DNA of 64,000 nt. It comes from Zygnema circumcarinatum SAG 698-1b. Its lineage: Eukaryota > Plantae > Zygnematophyceae. Every line of letters starts with the position of its first letter. Position 1 is the stretch's first letter. A model generated the notes under the pieces. That model worked only from the letters and a program-made list of their open reading frames with translations. It did no database searches and was not told the origin of the DNA. Shown piece after piece: positions 12,561-25,377 of the stretch. The stretch is from positions 496,001 through 560,000 of the forward strand of contig CM074804.1 in the NCBI GenBank assembly GCA_037447605.1, written 5' to 3'. The position numbers and the translations under genes are program-made.

Positions 12561-14743
12561 ATGTCAAGCTCCATTTGCCCGAAGGAGATTTTGGTGGAGG
12601 AGGGAGACACGCTGTGGACATTAGGGCAAAAGCTGAATGTAGATTGGCTGGAGCTGCAGGCCTGCAATAACTTGAAGGATGACCTAATTTTTGCGGGAGA
12701 GTTCCTGAAAGTGCCGCAGATCTCCCGTGTTGCAACTTCCAAGCCGCACGTGCCGCGCCCTGCAGCACCTCCTGTCAGTACGAAGGTGGTGCTGCAGAAG
12801 AAAACGAAGCCTGTTGTGGTGCAGGCAGGGGATACTGCATGGGATATTGCAATCAAGTTTGGAATGACACTGGAGGAGCTTGAAGCTGTGAATTCAAACA
12901 TTTCGGATTTTATTTATCCTGGCGATGTCCTTTACTTGCCAGAGGATGCAGTGGAGCGCCACAGGGCCTTCACTTCGCTAAAGCCTGTGAAGGCAAAGTT
13001 CAAAGGCGTCTCACCGAATGCACATTTCTTTGATGTCTTTCCCCCAGAGAAAGGTAATGGCAGCGGTGGATAGTTAATTTACTGGCAGGAAATGCTGGAA
13101 ATGTGGCGTACGTCGTCAGAATTTCGTTTTCTGAAGCTTTTAAAGCTTGACCTAGAAATGTAAAGTCAAGATTTGAAGCTTGCGAGGCGGCTCTCCTCCC
13201 CATTATTGTAGACTTTCTTCTCTTGTGTTGCTCGAGCTGTAGACGCCTTTTCGCTTCGTGTCTTGCAGTCCTTGTAATGGACCCCTACCTTCTGAAGGGT
13301 CTGAGGCAATGCAGAATCAAACCATTGCGATCCTTGGAAGTGTGTTCATTGCAGAGGTCGACGTGTATAGGGAGAAACATCGAGGATTGCTTGATGGCAT
13401 GCGCCTGGTTGAAACCAGCTTCATCATGCCAGCTCCGGTTGGTGATGATGGGTTGAGCATAGGACCCCTGCAAATCAGGTAATGTCTTAAAATATGTTCG
13501 CCCTATCGCCCTGGCCTTACACGACCTTCGTCTGTAGTATTCTGTCTACTCTGGGTTCTTTATATTGAGATTCAAGTGCCGAGGATCTTTCTTGGCATTC
13601 ATCGCATGTGCTGGCTGGCAACAGCCAACAAGCAGCGAAGCGATAGCAGTGGCTCTCGGTGTGCAATGCAGGTCAATCTTGTCATCTCCTCTGAAGAGGA
13701 TCATTATCCTTTTCAATAGCATGGCCATCGTTCATGGAGAGGTATCAGGGCTGTTTAGGGTAAGCTAGGGACCTTGCTTGTCAACCCTAAATGGGCGAAT
13801 GGATTGGTTTATTATTTCAATCAAATAGTTTTGACCTTTGTTTCTGGTCTTTGTCAATATGTTTGTGCAGTCATGACTACCACACAGATGCCTGGTGGCT
13901 AGCAAAGTCTCCTGCGCAATATGAACATTGCGAGGATGTTGAATACTCAGAGCGGACTGTCATCAATTACTGGCTGCGATACTGTCCGTGGGCTCTGGAG
14001 TTTGATGACTTAGAAACACTTGCGCGCATACACAATGGAGGTCCACGCTTCTGGCGGCACATAAAGACTGCCCGTTACTGGTGAGTGCCTGCTTGCCTTG
14101 CTTCCTTTCTCCTCTCTGTTTTCCATTTTTTTTTTAGAACAGAGAGAGCCATTCCCAGTTGTTCGAATACACGTTAGATTTCCTTTTTGACCGATGCTAT
14201 CAACCTTCCGAGTCGAATGCTTTCTTGAATGAAGAACATTTCCCTCCCTTTTCATCTTGAATTGGGATGTTGGCAGAAGTGTTGGGAGGGGGGGGGGGGC
14301 GTTTGTGTCGAATTTATTGAGCAGTACAATGGAATGTAGCATAACAATGCTTGACGGTTGCATGCCCCTCGTTGAAGATACAAATGATGTGTTGCATCTC
14401 CATTGTGGGCTAGGAAGTAACTTTAGTTTCAGTTTCCGTTTCAGTTTCAATCTTACCTCTAAGTCATCTTCTTCTTGGGCGTGGTTGGTGCGGAATTTGC
14501 GAAATTTTCAGGAAAAAAGTGAGGAGTGCCATGAGGCAATTTGGGTACTACAAGGGTATTCCGGAATTGAACCCTAATCTGTCGACGAGCCGCCTCTCCT
14601 CGAATGGAATGTTCCCCATCCTGCAAAAGCATCTGGCTATGAATGTGCCGTGGATCGATCCTCAAGGGTGGAACTATGACTCTATCGATTATAATGCTCT
14701 TTTGGATTCCCTGGAATCGAAATCCCGGCGCAGAAGCAGATAA
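12561..14743 (+). CDS. Two LysM domains fused to an invertebrate-type (destabilase-like) lysozyme domain; 352 aa, exons 12561-13053, 13355-13478, 13871-14080, 14512-14743
   Basis: LysM1 is VEEGDTLWTLGQKLNVDWLELQACNNLKDDLIFAGEFLKVP. LysM2 is VQAGDTAWDIAIKFGMTLEELEAVNSNISDFIYPGDVLYLP. The C-terminal domain LLDGMRLVETS...VGDDGLSIGPLQISHDYHTDAW...CED...ETLARIHNGGP...TARYWKKV fits the i-type lysozyme pattern. All four exons join in frame at GT-AG sites. Confidence 0.85.
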
Positions 14744-16020
14744 GGAAGGTCGAGGCTGCAGGCCTTGCAGCAAAAGTTGCAGTTATCTCTCCCTCCCTCT
14801 TTCCCTCCATCAAGAATCTTCAGACTTACGGTCCCCTGTGTCATTAGGGCATCCTCCAGTCGCCACTCTTCAATTAGGGTCTGACTGCTGGAAAAGGAAA
14901 GCCCAAGCAGGAGGCAGTGAAGGGTCATGGGTGCTGTAAGGCGGCCAAGCAGGGGGATCTCTCTCTCGCTCCTCGCCCCTCCCTCTCCCACCATGTAAGC
15001 AGAGGCTAAAGGCATACATAGACAGATAAGTTCAGAGAACTTCATATTCTGTAAAGGTGCAGCGTGGCAATACTTGGGCTGAGCTGCTTTTGTGCTTTAT
15101 GGTTGGAAGATACCGTTGTAAGGTCCGCATTTTGCAAATGCGCCGGAGCTTCCTCTTGGACTGCGGAGCTCCATAGGAGCCACAGCAAACAGTCGTTTAT
15201 GGTTTTTGGTTTTGGGTCTTTGGTTTCTGGTGTTGATTTTTGGGTTTCCTTAATTTATATAGATTTGTTTCATCCGTGGATGATGAATTTTACCTGTTTC
15301 AAATATCTGCTTAGTCTATTTGCCCCTCTCTCCCTCACTCCCTCCCCCATCTTTCTTCCCCCTCCCCCCTTCCCCCTTCCCCCTCACCCTTTCCCCTCCC
15401 CCTTTCCTCTCCCTCCCTTATTCTCCCTGTCCGCAGCCTTTCTATGGATGCCTAGTTGAGGTAGTTTTCAAGAGCTCCATGGAACATGAGCGTCTCCACG
15501 TTTGAATTTTCAACATACTAATCCCTGAGCAAACAAAACATAAACACATAGTGCAGACTGTTTTCACATGCATGATCTGATTGGAGATGCCCTGCAGTGC
15601 CACCTGGATTTGGAATATGAATTAAATACACAAAAAAAATTGCGGATGGAGGGGGCGAGAGAAAGGGAGGGCAGGAAGGGCAGCGAGGAAAGGGAGGGGG
15701 AGAGGGCGAGAGTAAATGGGAGAGGGCGATGGGGGAGGGAGAAGAAGATCTCAAAGTGTAGTTGACAGGAAAAAACTTGGTATTGAAGGGTAGCTCTCAT
15801 CAGAAGCCTAACCTCTTTCAAACCAGCTTCTTGACAGAACTTCTCCTTTTCCATTTTTCACACCCCGCTAAATTGCCGGGCGCACAACATCCGCCTCAAC
15901 TAGGAATCCTTCAAGGAGACCACAAATAAATGAAGTTGGCGAGGCCCCACCAAGCCCTAACTTCCATCACCTGTTTGCCATTTACTAAGAAAGGGAGCCT
16001 ACATCTGATAGGTGCATCCA

Positions 16021-16310
<290 letters not shown>

Positions 16311-16394
16311 AGAGGAGATATTTTCAATAACTTTGTACTTTCTTACATGCAAAAAACCTGCCAGCTGAACTGAACAAACGGCCCCCAACTACTC

Positions 16395-17838
16395 TCAGCT
16401 TGACTCCTCCTCTTCTGCCTTCTTGTCATCTTCCTCCTCTTCTTCCTTAAAGATGAAGCTTGTCGACCTCTTTGAAAGGACAGCCTTGGCGAGAGAATAC
16501 GCCTTCTCAGCCGCCACCCTTCCTTGGCCCAGCCAGATAGCCTTGCGGATCTTCGTCTTTGTCCTCGACATCTTCTTCTTGGGTACTATATGAAAACAAA
16601 GCAAAACGACAAATGGGGAGATCCATAGTGGGTGCATTGCCTTAGCGAATCTTCTCTGCCCTCACAACGGGGTTCTTAAAGCAGAAAGAGACACATCGGA
16701 GGTTGAGGTCAAAGTCCTCATTGCCAAAATTGGGACGAGCTAAAGCAGAGGGAGAGAGAGAGAGGGAGAAAGTCTGTGGTGTGACAGTAGGCTGAGTGAC
16801 ACCATAGAAATGCAAACGTGCTTCTACAGTTTACTATCTCAGTCAGTTGCTACGTGCAATGCCTTACAGGAAAACTGCAATATCAACCCAAACCCGAAAC
16901 CCGAGCTTTAAGACCGGTGAATCAGTCGAGGCATTAATTGGCAGTTGCACAATAACCACTAAGGTGCTAATCGACTTTTAGAAAAAATCTTAAAACTTCG
17001 CATACTGTTTCACTACAGTTGCCAATTGATCACTACCTTTGACATCCCAATGCTGAACAACAGGCTGCTTAAGCCAGCAAAAGGTCAGGTAAGGTTGGTC
17101 CATGTTTAGCCAATAGAAACGGTGCAGCTTGCAAAGTGAGAACAGGATCCGAAATCATTTGAAAACTGACAATTGAGGGGGAATTCCACCCCTTAAAATA
17201 GTCTTCATGCAGCTGATCTCAGGCCTTGTGGATACGGCTTATTTCCTTCTAAATTTGCCTGCTCTTTCTCTCCCTCTCTCCGTCTGCTTTTGACTCAATA
17301 TAGACCTTAAATAAGGGCTGATACATATCCATGTATGAAAGTCATGATCCCTGGCAAATGAAAAATGTAATCTGCCAACTGGAACATTCTCACAACCGCG
17401 GGAATCCCCCTTACCACATTGGCTCAAATGTTGAAGGACATCAACACAAAATTCATTCAGGAACTTACTTCCAATCCTCGCCTTACAGCCATTACAAACA
17501 AACCCAAATCACAAACACTGACACCCTATCACTCCTCCAGAAGCAGCAAGACTCTCAAGCCAGCCCTCCTTACCCGCCATGGCTATCCTTGCAGGCCCTG
17601 CAACGTCCAGGCCTGAAGCTGAAAACAGGTCCGACTCGCCGCCCAAGAAAGCGGAGCTCCTTCCTGCCACGTGGCATCCAGACGCCGGCAGCCGAGCAGA
17701 CTCCAACTTCTGCAGCATCGACACGTGTCCCGGCCTCACTGACGCCACGTGGCGTGCGGCTGTGGCGGGGGCAGAGCAGGAGGCTGCGGAGAAGGAGCCG
17801 CACGCTGCGACCGAAGCTTGAGCCGCCATGGCCGCCAT
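16395..17838 (-). CDS. rpl32: Nuclear-encoded plastid-type 50S ribosomal protein L32 with transit peptide
   Basis: Last exon 16585-16395 (acceptor TTTTCATATAG) encodes (V/L)PKKKMSRTKTKIRKAIWLGQGRVAAEKAYSLAKAVLSKRSTSF, which resembles plastid Rpl32 (AVPKKR...IRK.IW...KA.SL.KS), plus an acidic tail. Exon from 17838 encodes an Ala/Ser-rich presequence with SAFLG. The donor site and any middle exon are unresolved. Confidence 0.75.
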
Positions 17839-18366
17839 GGCCCGCTCTTTGAGAGTGTGCGAGGGCGAGAGTGAGAGGGAGGGGGAGAGAGGGCGAGGGA
17901 GAGAGAGGGAGACGGGTCAAGGGGAGGGTGTTCAGGTTTTGAGACACAGAGAGGCGCCATTTAGGGTTAGGGCGGCGTTATCCGTTTGGAGGGTTCAGTG
18001 CCACGTCACATGTGCCAGTTCCGCTGCTGAAAACGGCCGTCGGGCGTCTGTGATTTGGCTGAAGGCCCCGACCACAGGGCCATCAACACGTGTCCATTTC
18101 CAGTTGGTTCGTACGGTCGTGACGCGACATGTGTTAAGTGAAAAGGGTCAAAGGGTTCCATGCTGATGTTGTTACAAAAATCCGTAAAATTCACGGTTTG
18201 AACTGGAACGGAACAGCATAGAAAGGCGTGGAACGACGCTATCCATGGATGCAAACTGGTTGCTTCATTCATAGAAATACTAAATTTGGAATTTCGCCGT
18301 AAAACAAATTTCGAGACCAGCACACCCATGTGCTTTCCCCCCAAAAACGATCCCTCAAAAAAGTCA

Positions 18367-20908
18367 CTATGTCTTTACAGGGACCTGTGCTGGGGTCTCT
18401 TTGCTCTCTCGCCCTCCATGTTTGCTCCCTCCCCCCTTTCTCCCACTGTTTTCTCGGTCCTGAGTGGGTGTGGGAGGGGGAGCGGGAGGGGCTGTCTCTC
18501 CCTTCTCTCCGCTCTCAACCTTCTCGCTCTTGTCTCCGTTTCTTCTTGTGTGTGCTTCTCCCTCCTTTTCTCTTCCGCTCTCCTTCTCCTCCTCCTCCTC
18601 CTCCTCCTTCCCCTTGCTCACTCCCGCCTTCTCTTTCCCTTGTCCATGGCCAGCAGGTTCCACCTTTTCTACTTTGCCATCTCCTCCTGCAAACATTGGC
18701 AGAAGAAGTGATACCTTTATAAGGACGACGATAACCAAAGACTTCAAGTTATAAAGAGGATATCAATGGTAAATTTCTCTCGCTCTATTCTCAAAGTTAG
18801 AGCCTCAGCAAGAAAGAGCAATTCAGCTTTAACGCAGTCCCACTGCCCATAGCGGGCGGCCAATAGAAGTGAGAGGACCTACCAGTCACCTTCTCTCCCT
18901 TTGTCTTGAAAGTCTTCCGCATGTCAAAAGCATCTTCACTATCAGCGTAGTACTTGGCTTCAATGTCGTTGATCCTGCAGAAGCAAAGTTACGTTAAGTC
19001 GCCGAGCTCTTATCCATTAAGGGCTCCATGTTGGACTACGCGTTACTTAAGCGGCAAGAACATAAGTCAAAAGGGCAGCCTTCTGCAGATACTTTCCAGA
19101 ACCACGAGCATGATACTACACCGAACAGAGACCGCCCTCTCTATTGTGAGAGCAGTCAAAGAGCAAAATAAGCACTCACTTGTAGCCAAGAGTTTCCGTA
19201 TAAAGGTGGAATGCTGCTCGGTTGCTCTTCCGCACATGCAAGGAGACATACTCTGCTCCAAACACTTCCACCATCGCCTTCTCTATTCTGCTGTTAAGAA
19301 AGGCCTCCATGCGTGCTCATTGCAAAGCAGCAACCATTAAATTACATACATTATGCGGTAGCTCACTCGTTCAGCACACGACTCCCATCACCACCGTAAT
19401 AATCCTCCCTTTCGTTTTTGGATCACTAATGGAACCTTATGCGGCCCTAATCACTAAACAAAATAATGGAGAAAGAAAATAAATGGAACGCGAAATAACC
19501 ACCAATCTCTTACAACATTCCTAACTCATCTCAAGAACGACGCCAAAGGAAAGCACAGCAGGATACGTGCAGCACTCATGAGTTTCGTCGCCAAGCCAAG
19601 TTTGCGATGAGTCCGGAGAACTGCAAGGGATGTGATATGGCCATGACATTCTGTGGTTTCTTCTTCCCTGTTATCACATCCCACAAACGCGCCAAAGGAA
19701 GGGAAGTTTGCGATCTCAATCATCGGTCCTTTTGTAAGACAAACAGGCAACAAATGTTCAACTGCAGTATCTGTCGGTCATGCACATTTTTTTATCAGGT
19801 TCGTCCTTTTTAGGCAGATTGGAGCGTTCAGAAAGAGCCATCCGCTGGTGAAAAGACCTAAACATTACATAAAAGGGACGAGCTTTGGAGACAATGCCTT
19901 ACATTTTGGCCAACACATATCCGACGATTTTCTTGTTATAATCCTCTGCCACATAGAGCAGCTGTGGCCAAGAAAGCACATGATAAAGGTAATACTGCAA
20001 CTCCAACTCCACCGTGAAGCCAACAAGGTCAACTTCCGGATATATTGCAAACGGGCTTCCACCAAGTAGCCAATGGCTCACATTTAAGCTATGAAATCTT
20101 ATGAAGAACTAATCTGTCTGTTTGTTGTGTTCACAATTCCTGGAGAAGCTACTGTGAACCTGGTCAGGAATTTAATCAAACAAGGACGATATAGACACAC
20201 CTTCATCTGATAATTCTCCGGCAGACACAAGAGGTTGCAGTTCTGCATTGCCAGTAAGTCATCCACCTGAACCCGAAGAAAGGAGTCAGGAAGGTTCACA
20301 ACATAACTCCAAAGTTTTTTAGCAAATATGTAGAAGATGCATGTGCTTGAAGGCAGGGCTGTCGGGTTGACCTTACTTAAACAAGCTTTCATTAGAATTG
20401 GAAGGCACATAATATTTCACTATAGTTCTATTGGCTAAAGAACAGAAAAAGCGTTCAGAATTCAGCTTCAGAAAGTTGTCAACCGATCTTTTCACTCGAA
20501 AACATTTCACGCGACATAGCAAACTTGTATGCGGCTCATCTCTCCCAAAATAAGAATTTGCAAATTCATCAAAATGATCGGTGTTAAGGTCATCACGTTT
20601 AGACTTCTTGTAACACGTACTAAACTCGTGTGCTGGAACTTCCCCTCACCACGATCGAAAAAGAAAAAAAAACGCAAATTTCAAGCAGTTTTTAAATTTT
20701 TGCATAAGCTTGTAATGCAAGCGACCTGCTGCAGGCGTCGTCCTCTCTGACAACAAAATGGCAGCCATAAGGAACCAAGTCCCTGCGTGCTAAACTTGAC
20801 AGAGCTGATAGAGAAGCGAGAACAACCCTCAGGAGCCATGCAAGGAACACAGGGCAGAGCAGGAGAGAGAGGCAGAGGCCTTACCGTGGCCTGGCGAATG
20901 CAAACCAT
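18367..20908 (-). CDS. NAA10: N-alpha-acetyltransferase 10 (NatA catalytic subunit), 7 exons
   Basis: MVCIRQAT|[22 protein letters not shown]|[18 protein letters not shown]...VGYVLAKM|[30 protein letters not shown]...|[18 protein letters not shown]|[20 protein letters not shown]. The last exon (charged tail) is less certain. Confidence 0.95.
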
Positions 20909-21144
20909 GGCGTCCTGTTCTCCCTACAAAGGGCAAATCCCTGCAAGCGGCGAGGGAAGGAGGGAGTGAAGAGCGTGGGAGAGGGAGAGGGAGAGGGAGA
21001 TGAGAGGCGGCTGCCATATCGTATCGAAATATCGGAATTAATGTCGATATCGTACGTTCTGTGTACGGACGTTGGGCCTCCCCTTGGAACTGGAAGGGGG
21101 AAGGACAGGGCCTCTCCCTCTCTCTCTGTAGAGCTTCAGCCGCC
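20909..21144. promoter_or_regulatory. Short bidirectional promoter NAA10 / Era (236 bp)
   Basis: Divergent ATGs at 20908 and 21145. It holds a TATCGTATCG...ATATCGGAAT...TATCGTAC cluster flanked by GA/CT tracts. Confidence 0.65.
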
Positions 21145-21756
21145 ATGGCTGCCTCCTTGGAGCGCTCGCTGGCCTCTCTGCCACGTTCGCAGCTAGAGGA
21201 CCTCCTGGGAATGCCGGGGTTCTTTTGCGGAGGATGCAGGCAATTGAAAGGGGCACGGTTGAACGAGCTGTCGCAGCAAGGGTCACGCAAGGTTGGTGTA
21301 CTTAGGATTTCTGCACAGGGAGAGAGAAGTAGTGCAGGAAGCAAAGTTCCTTTTGAGAGTAGGAGACCGCAGGCGCCTGCTTTTTCACCTGCATTTGAAG
21401 CAGAGGAGTCTGCTAAGAAAGTTGCGCCAGTTTTTGTATATGATGAGCATATTGCACGCAAGAAGCCGCTGCAGTTTCCCCTTGGTAGACAAGATGCAGA
21501 GGAGGATTTGCCTCTTACAGGAATGGCAGTCCCTCCAAATCATAAAAGTGGTGAGTGCAGTCGTCCTTGAATCATTTCTCACTCTTTTTAATAACATTAA
21601 ACAAGCTATTGTTATGGAGGGAGTGGCTCTTAATTATTAAGAAGGACGTCGCATTCGCATTAAAACAATAGGATGTTGCTACGCTTAAGCAGGAATTCGA
21701 GCTAATGGCGCCATTGATGTCAAGGAGGCTACACTTGCAGTACTTCTAACTCCTTA

Positions 21757-21801
<45 letters not shown>

Positions 21802-24716
21802 TTTCTTGAAACATAATGTGCTAGATAGGAGAGGGATAGAGCTGACTTGGTTCTAGAAATTGCGGAAAGGAAACATAGTCTGTTGAGGGTGCTGGGGCTG
21901 CTTATATGTCAGAACAGCGTCGCAGTATTTGCTGACAGCTACAGTACTGACGGACTATGATTTTCGGTGACTTCTGTGCCTAAAATGCACGTGAAAGTCA
22001 GCTCGACTATGAAATTTAACTTTTTGAGAACTCAGTGAAGTGCTCTCGCCAGACGACGTCGTATCAGAAATGATGAAACTCCCGCAGTTTCTTTAAGTAT
22101 TTCTTACTATGACGCCTCTCGCTGTCTCTCTCCCACTCTCGGAATAGTCCTCTTGAAAATGAAATGAATATTCGGTATCTCTTTGGATGTGGAACAGGCT
22201 ATGTGGCAATTATTGGTCGTCCCAACGCTGGCAAGAGTACCCTCCTGAACCAGTTAATTGGGCAAAAGCTTTCCATTGTTACACAAAAGCCGCAAACTAC
22301 ACGACACCGCATTCTAGGCATCTGTTCCGGTCGAGAATTTCAGGTGCTACTTGAAGCCAGATGCTGAGTGCAAGCATGATATTGTGTCAATTAGCTTTTC
22401 AGTCCTTTACCATGTAAAATGTCAATATCTCGGATTTTATAGGTTCTCCAAGTGAGATAGAAAACAAGCAACCTTTGTAGGTGTGGACATTGCCTGCAAG
22501 ATGACGTATCCATTGCGAAACTCGGTAATTTCTTGATGAATTATGGTGCTCCCTTTCGTTTCTCAGATGGTGCTCTATGACACTCCTGGTGTCATGGCAA
22601 ACAAAATGCACAAACTGGATGAGGTGATGATGCAAAATGTGCGCAGTGCAGCAGTGAATGCCGACTGCATCGTATTGGTGGTTGACATCTGCCTGGCTCC
22701 AGAACAAGTGCGTCTCCATATTCCCTTCTTTCTCCTTCATCTGCCGCTTTCTCCTTTTGCTTGACTATAAGTGAAGCGCACGCAACGAATGTTGTTGAGT
22801 ACAGTTAAAGCCAAATCGAAAGGTCTTTTTGTCCATAGACAAATGTTAATTATGGCGTATAGATTTTTGTGTGAAAATGTCCCTTGGCCATGGTTGTAGG
22901 TGATGGACATGCTGCAAGAGGCACAAGCAGCAGCTGCTGAAACGAGGCCATTGCTGCTAATTCTGAACAAGAAGGACCTGCTTAAGCCAGGAGAAATTGC
23001 AAAGAAGCTGCAGGTATTGTTTGTTTTCGTTTAGCTGCAAAGAGTAACCAATTTGGGGTCGAGCAGGTGATGATTGATATGGGGTGACGCCCTCGTGGGC
23101 TTCTTATCCTTTCTCCTTTCCAAGCAGCTGTATTGTTCAATTGCTTAAGCTTGTTGGCAAAGATTTTCTCTCTGCAGACCGAGCGCATTGTAGTGAATCT
23201 TGATTCTTATGGCGATGAACATTGAGCTTTTGTAGCAACTGAGTTTAGACAAGGGTACACTATGCTTTTATCTTTTACTCAATCTGGTTGAGTCAGTTGC
23301 GGAGTTGAACAAGGAGCAGAATCGAATCTGTACAGGCAATCAACATTGGATTTCCACGCATTGTTTTCCTTACTGCATAGTTCACGGACGGTGAAAGTAA
23401 CATTCTCTTAGAATGTGAAGAGTAACACATTTATCCTACCTGTGTACGATTTCTTACCGAGGCATCTGCGTGATATCTGTGGCAGTGGTATGAAGCCAAC
23501 AGCGGTGCTAGTGATGTGATAGCAGTGAGTGCCAAATATGGCCATGGCTGCGATCTGCTCCGAAAGTGGGCATTATCTAAACTGCCTCTTGGCCCTGCAT
23601 ATTACCCAAAAGTGAGTTTCTTTTGCCTTCTTCAATTGCCTTACATAGAATCCGTTGAGTTTAGTGACTTTTTTATGTCAAGCAGACAAACATCCGTTTC
23701 TGCATTATGGAACAATTGTCTGGATGCAAGTTTCTTGTATTCAATGCAGGCCCCTTCACCTGATGCAGGGGCCAAAGTTGGGATAATCTGTGCATCAGGA
23801 TATCGTAAGCGAGCATCCGGAACGTTTCTTTGTATCAGAGATAGTGCGAGAGAAGGTCCTCCTTCAGTACCATCAGGAGATCCCGTATGCAGCTCAGGTG
23901 CAGCATAGAAACTTCAAGCTCTGCATCATCATTGCATTTGCTGTGTGTAATCCATCTGATGTTTTTGAGTTGAAGTAGTTTTGCTTCTCCTCCCCATGTT
24001 TTCGTAGTGGTTGTGATATAATATGTGGAGAGTACGACCAAGGTAGCTCAGCCCCTTTCAAGTACGACTTATCTGTCTGAAATTTCCATCGTCATGCCTT
24101 CGGACTCAGGTTGTTTGCTGTGGGAGTGGCTGAACAGGTGAATGTGCTTAACTATTTTGAAAGGGATGGCAAGGCCAAGGACTTCGTAGAGCTGGAGATT
24201 GTGGTTGAGAGGGAGTCACAAAAGGCTATACTGGTCGGGAAGGTAAGTTGGAGGAGCATCACATAGCAAGCAGTACTAAGTGATAAGCTCTGTGTATATA
24301 TGGCGTGCCTCAGAGTGTTGTTCTATGAAGGCCATATAAACAGTTGAAGTATGCACTGCTTAATGGGGCAATTTGGAAGAGGGCTTTGCAGGAAGGGAGG
24401 GCCATCAAGGCTTTGGCTACAGCATCCCGTTTGGAGATTGAAGATTTCGTGGGGCGGCCCATATTCTTGGAGGTGTGCCTATGTCACCCTTTGGGCTTTG
24501 TAGCGTTGAGCTTTTGGCACCTCTTTGACCCTGAACCCCTACAAGCCCTAAAAATCAATGACAGCATGAACTAAGGGAGACTCTTTATTCCCATCACCTA
24601 ACAACCGCAGCTATTTCACCGCCTGGTTGCAGATTCGGGTGAAGGTGAAGGAAGGATGGCGGGAAGATGAGAAGCTCCTTCAGGATTTCGGGTTGGACAG
24701 CAAACGCATGTTGTGA
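21145..24716 (+). CDS. ERA1: Organellar (probably plastid) GTPase Era, 9 exons
   Basis: N-terminal extension then HKSG|[15 protein letters not shown] (G1), KPQTTR (G2), DTPG (G3), NKKD (G4), VSAK (G5), and KH-domain motifs [40 protein letters not shown]. Confidence 0.95.
21760..21800. repeat. (GT)n microsatellite in Era intron 1
   Basis: About 20 GT units. Confidence 0.95.
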
Positions 24717-24869
24717 CTTGTGACTCTTTACCTTATTGTAAAGGAAGCCTAAAATGAAAATTACTCGCCCCCATGTGTGACCTCCAAATGAAGGCCATGT
24801 TGCCCATGCCCATCGAAAGGTCGCCATGCCATCCATGTCATCGTCTTGTCACATGCCGTATGTCATGCG

Positions 24870-25233
24870 TATAGCTCCGTATTATACACTTTTAGGTTCG
24901 ATACAATGTATAATACAGTATTAATACTGTATTATACACTGTATAATACCTTCACGCAGCCGTACAATCGGAACATAGATATGTACGGAAATTATGTACG
25001 GAAGGGGTGTACCAGCATATACGGACAAAGTCACACGTGTTGAGTGTTTGGCACGTGACGTGACTTGGCAAGTGCTGGAATTTCAATATTATAATCAACC
25101 TTTGTTCAACTAAGCACGAAAATAAAATAAATACGTTAAATACATTTAAAATACACTGTATTTTTAAATGTTGTATAATACGCATGTATTATACAGTGTA
25201 TTAATACACGCGTTTGATACATACGGAGCTATA
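24870..25233. mobile_element. MITE (364 bp) with 13-bp TIR and 8-bp TSD, hAT-like
   Basis: TIR TATAGCTCCGTAT / ATACGGAGCTATA, flanked on both sides by GTCATGCG (24862-24869 and 25234-25241). AT-rich palindromic interior. Confidence 0.8.
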
Positions 25234-25377
25234 GTCATGCGTTCTAAACCATAGGTACACATGGCCACTTGCCATATGCCACATGTCATGTGACTTTGCT
25301 ATGCCAATTGCCAGGCTTACCCGCATACTGTACTTCTTCATGTACATCATCATCATGTTCATGTACTTCTTCTTCTG

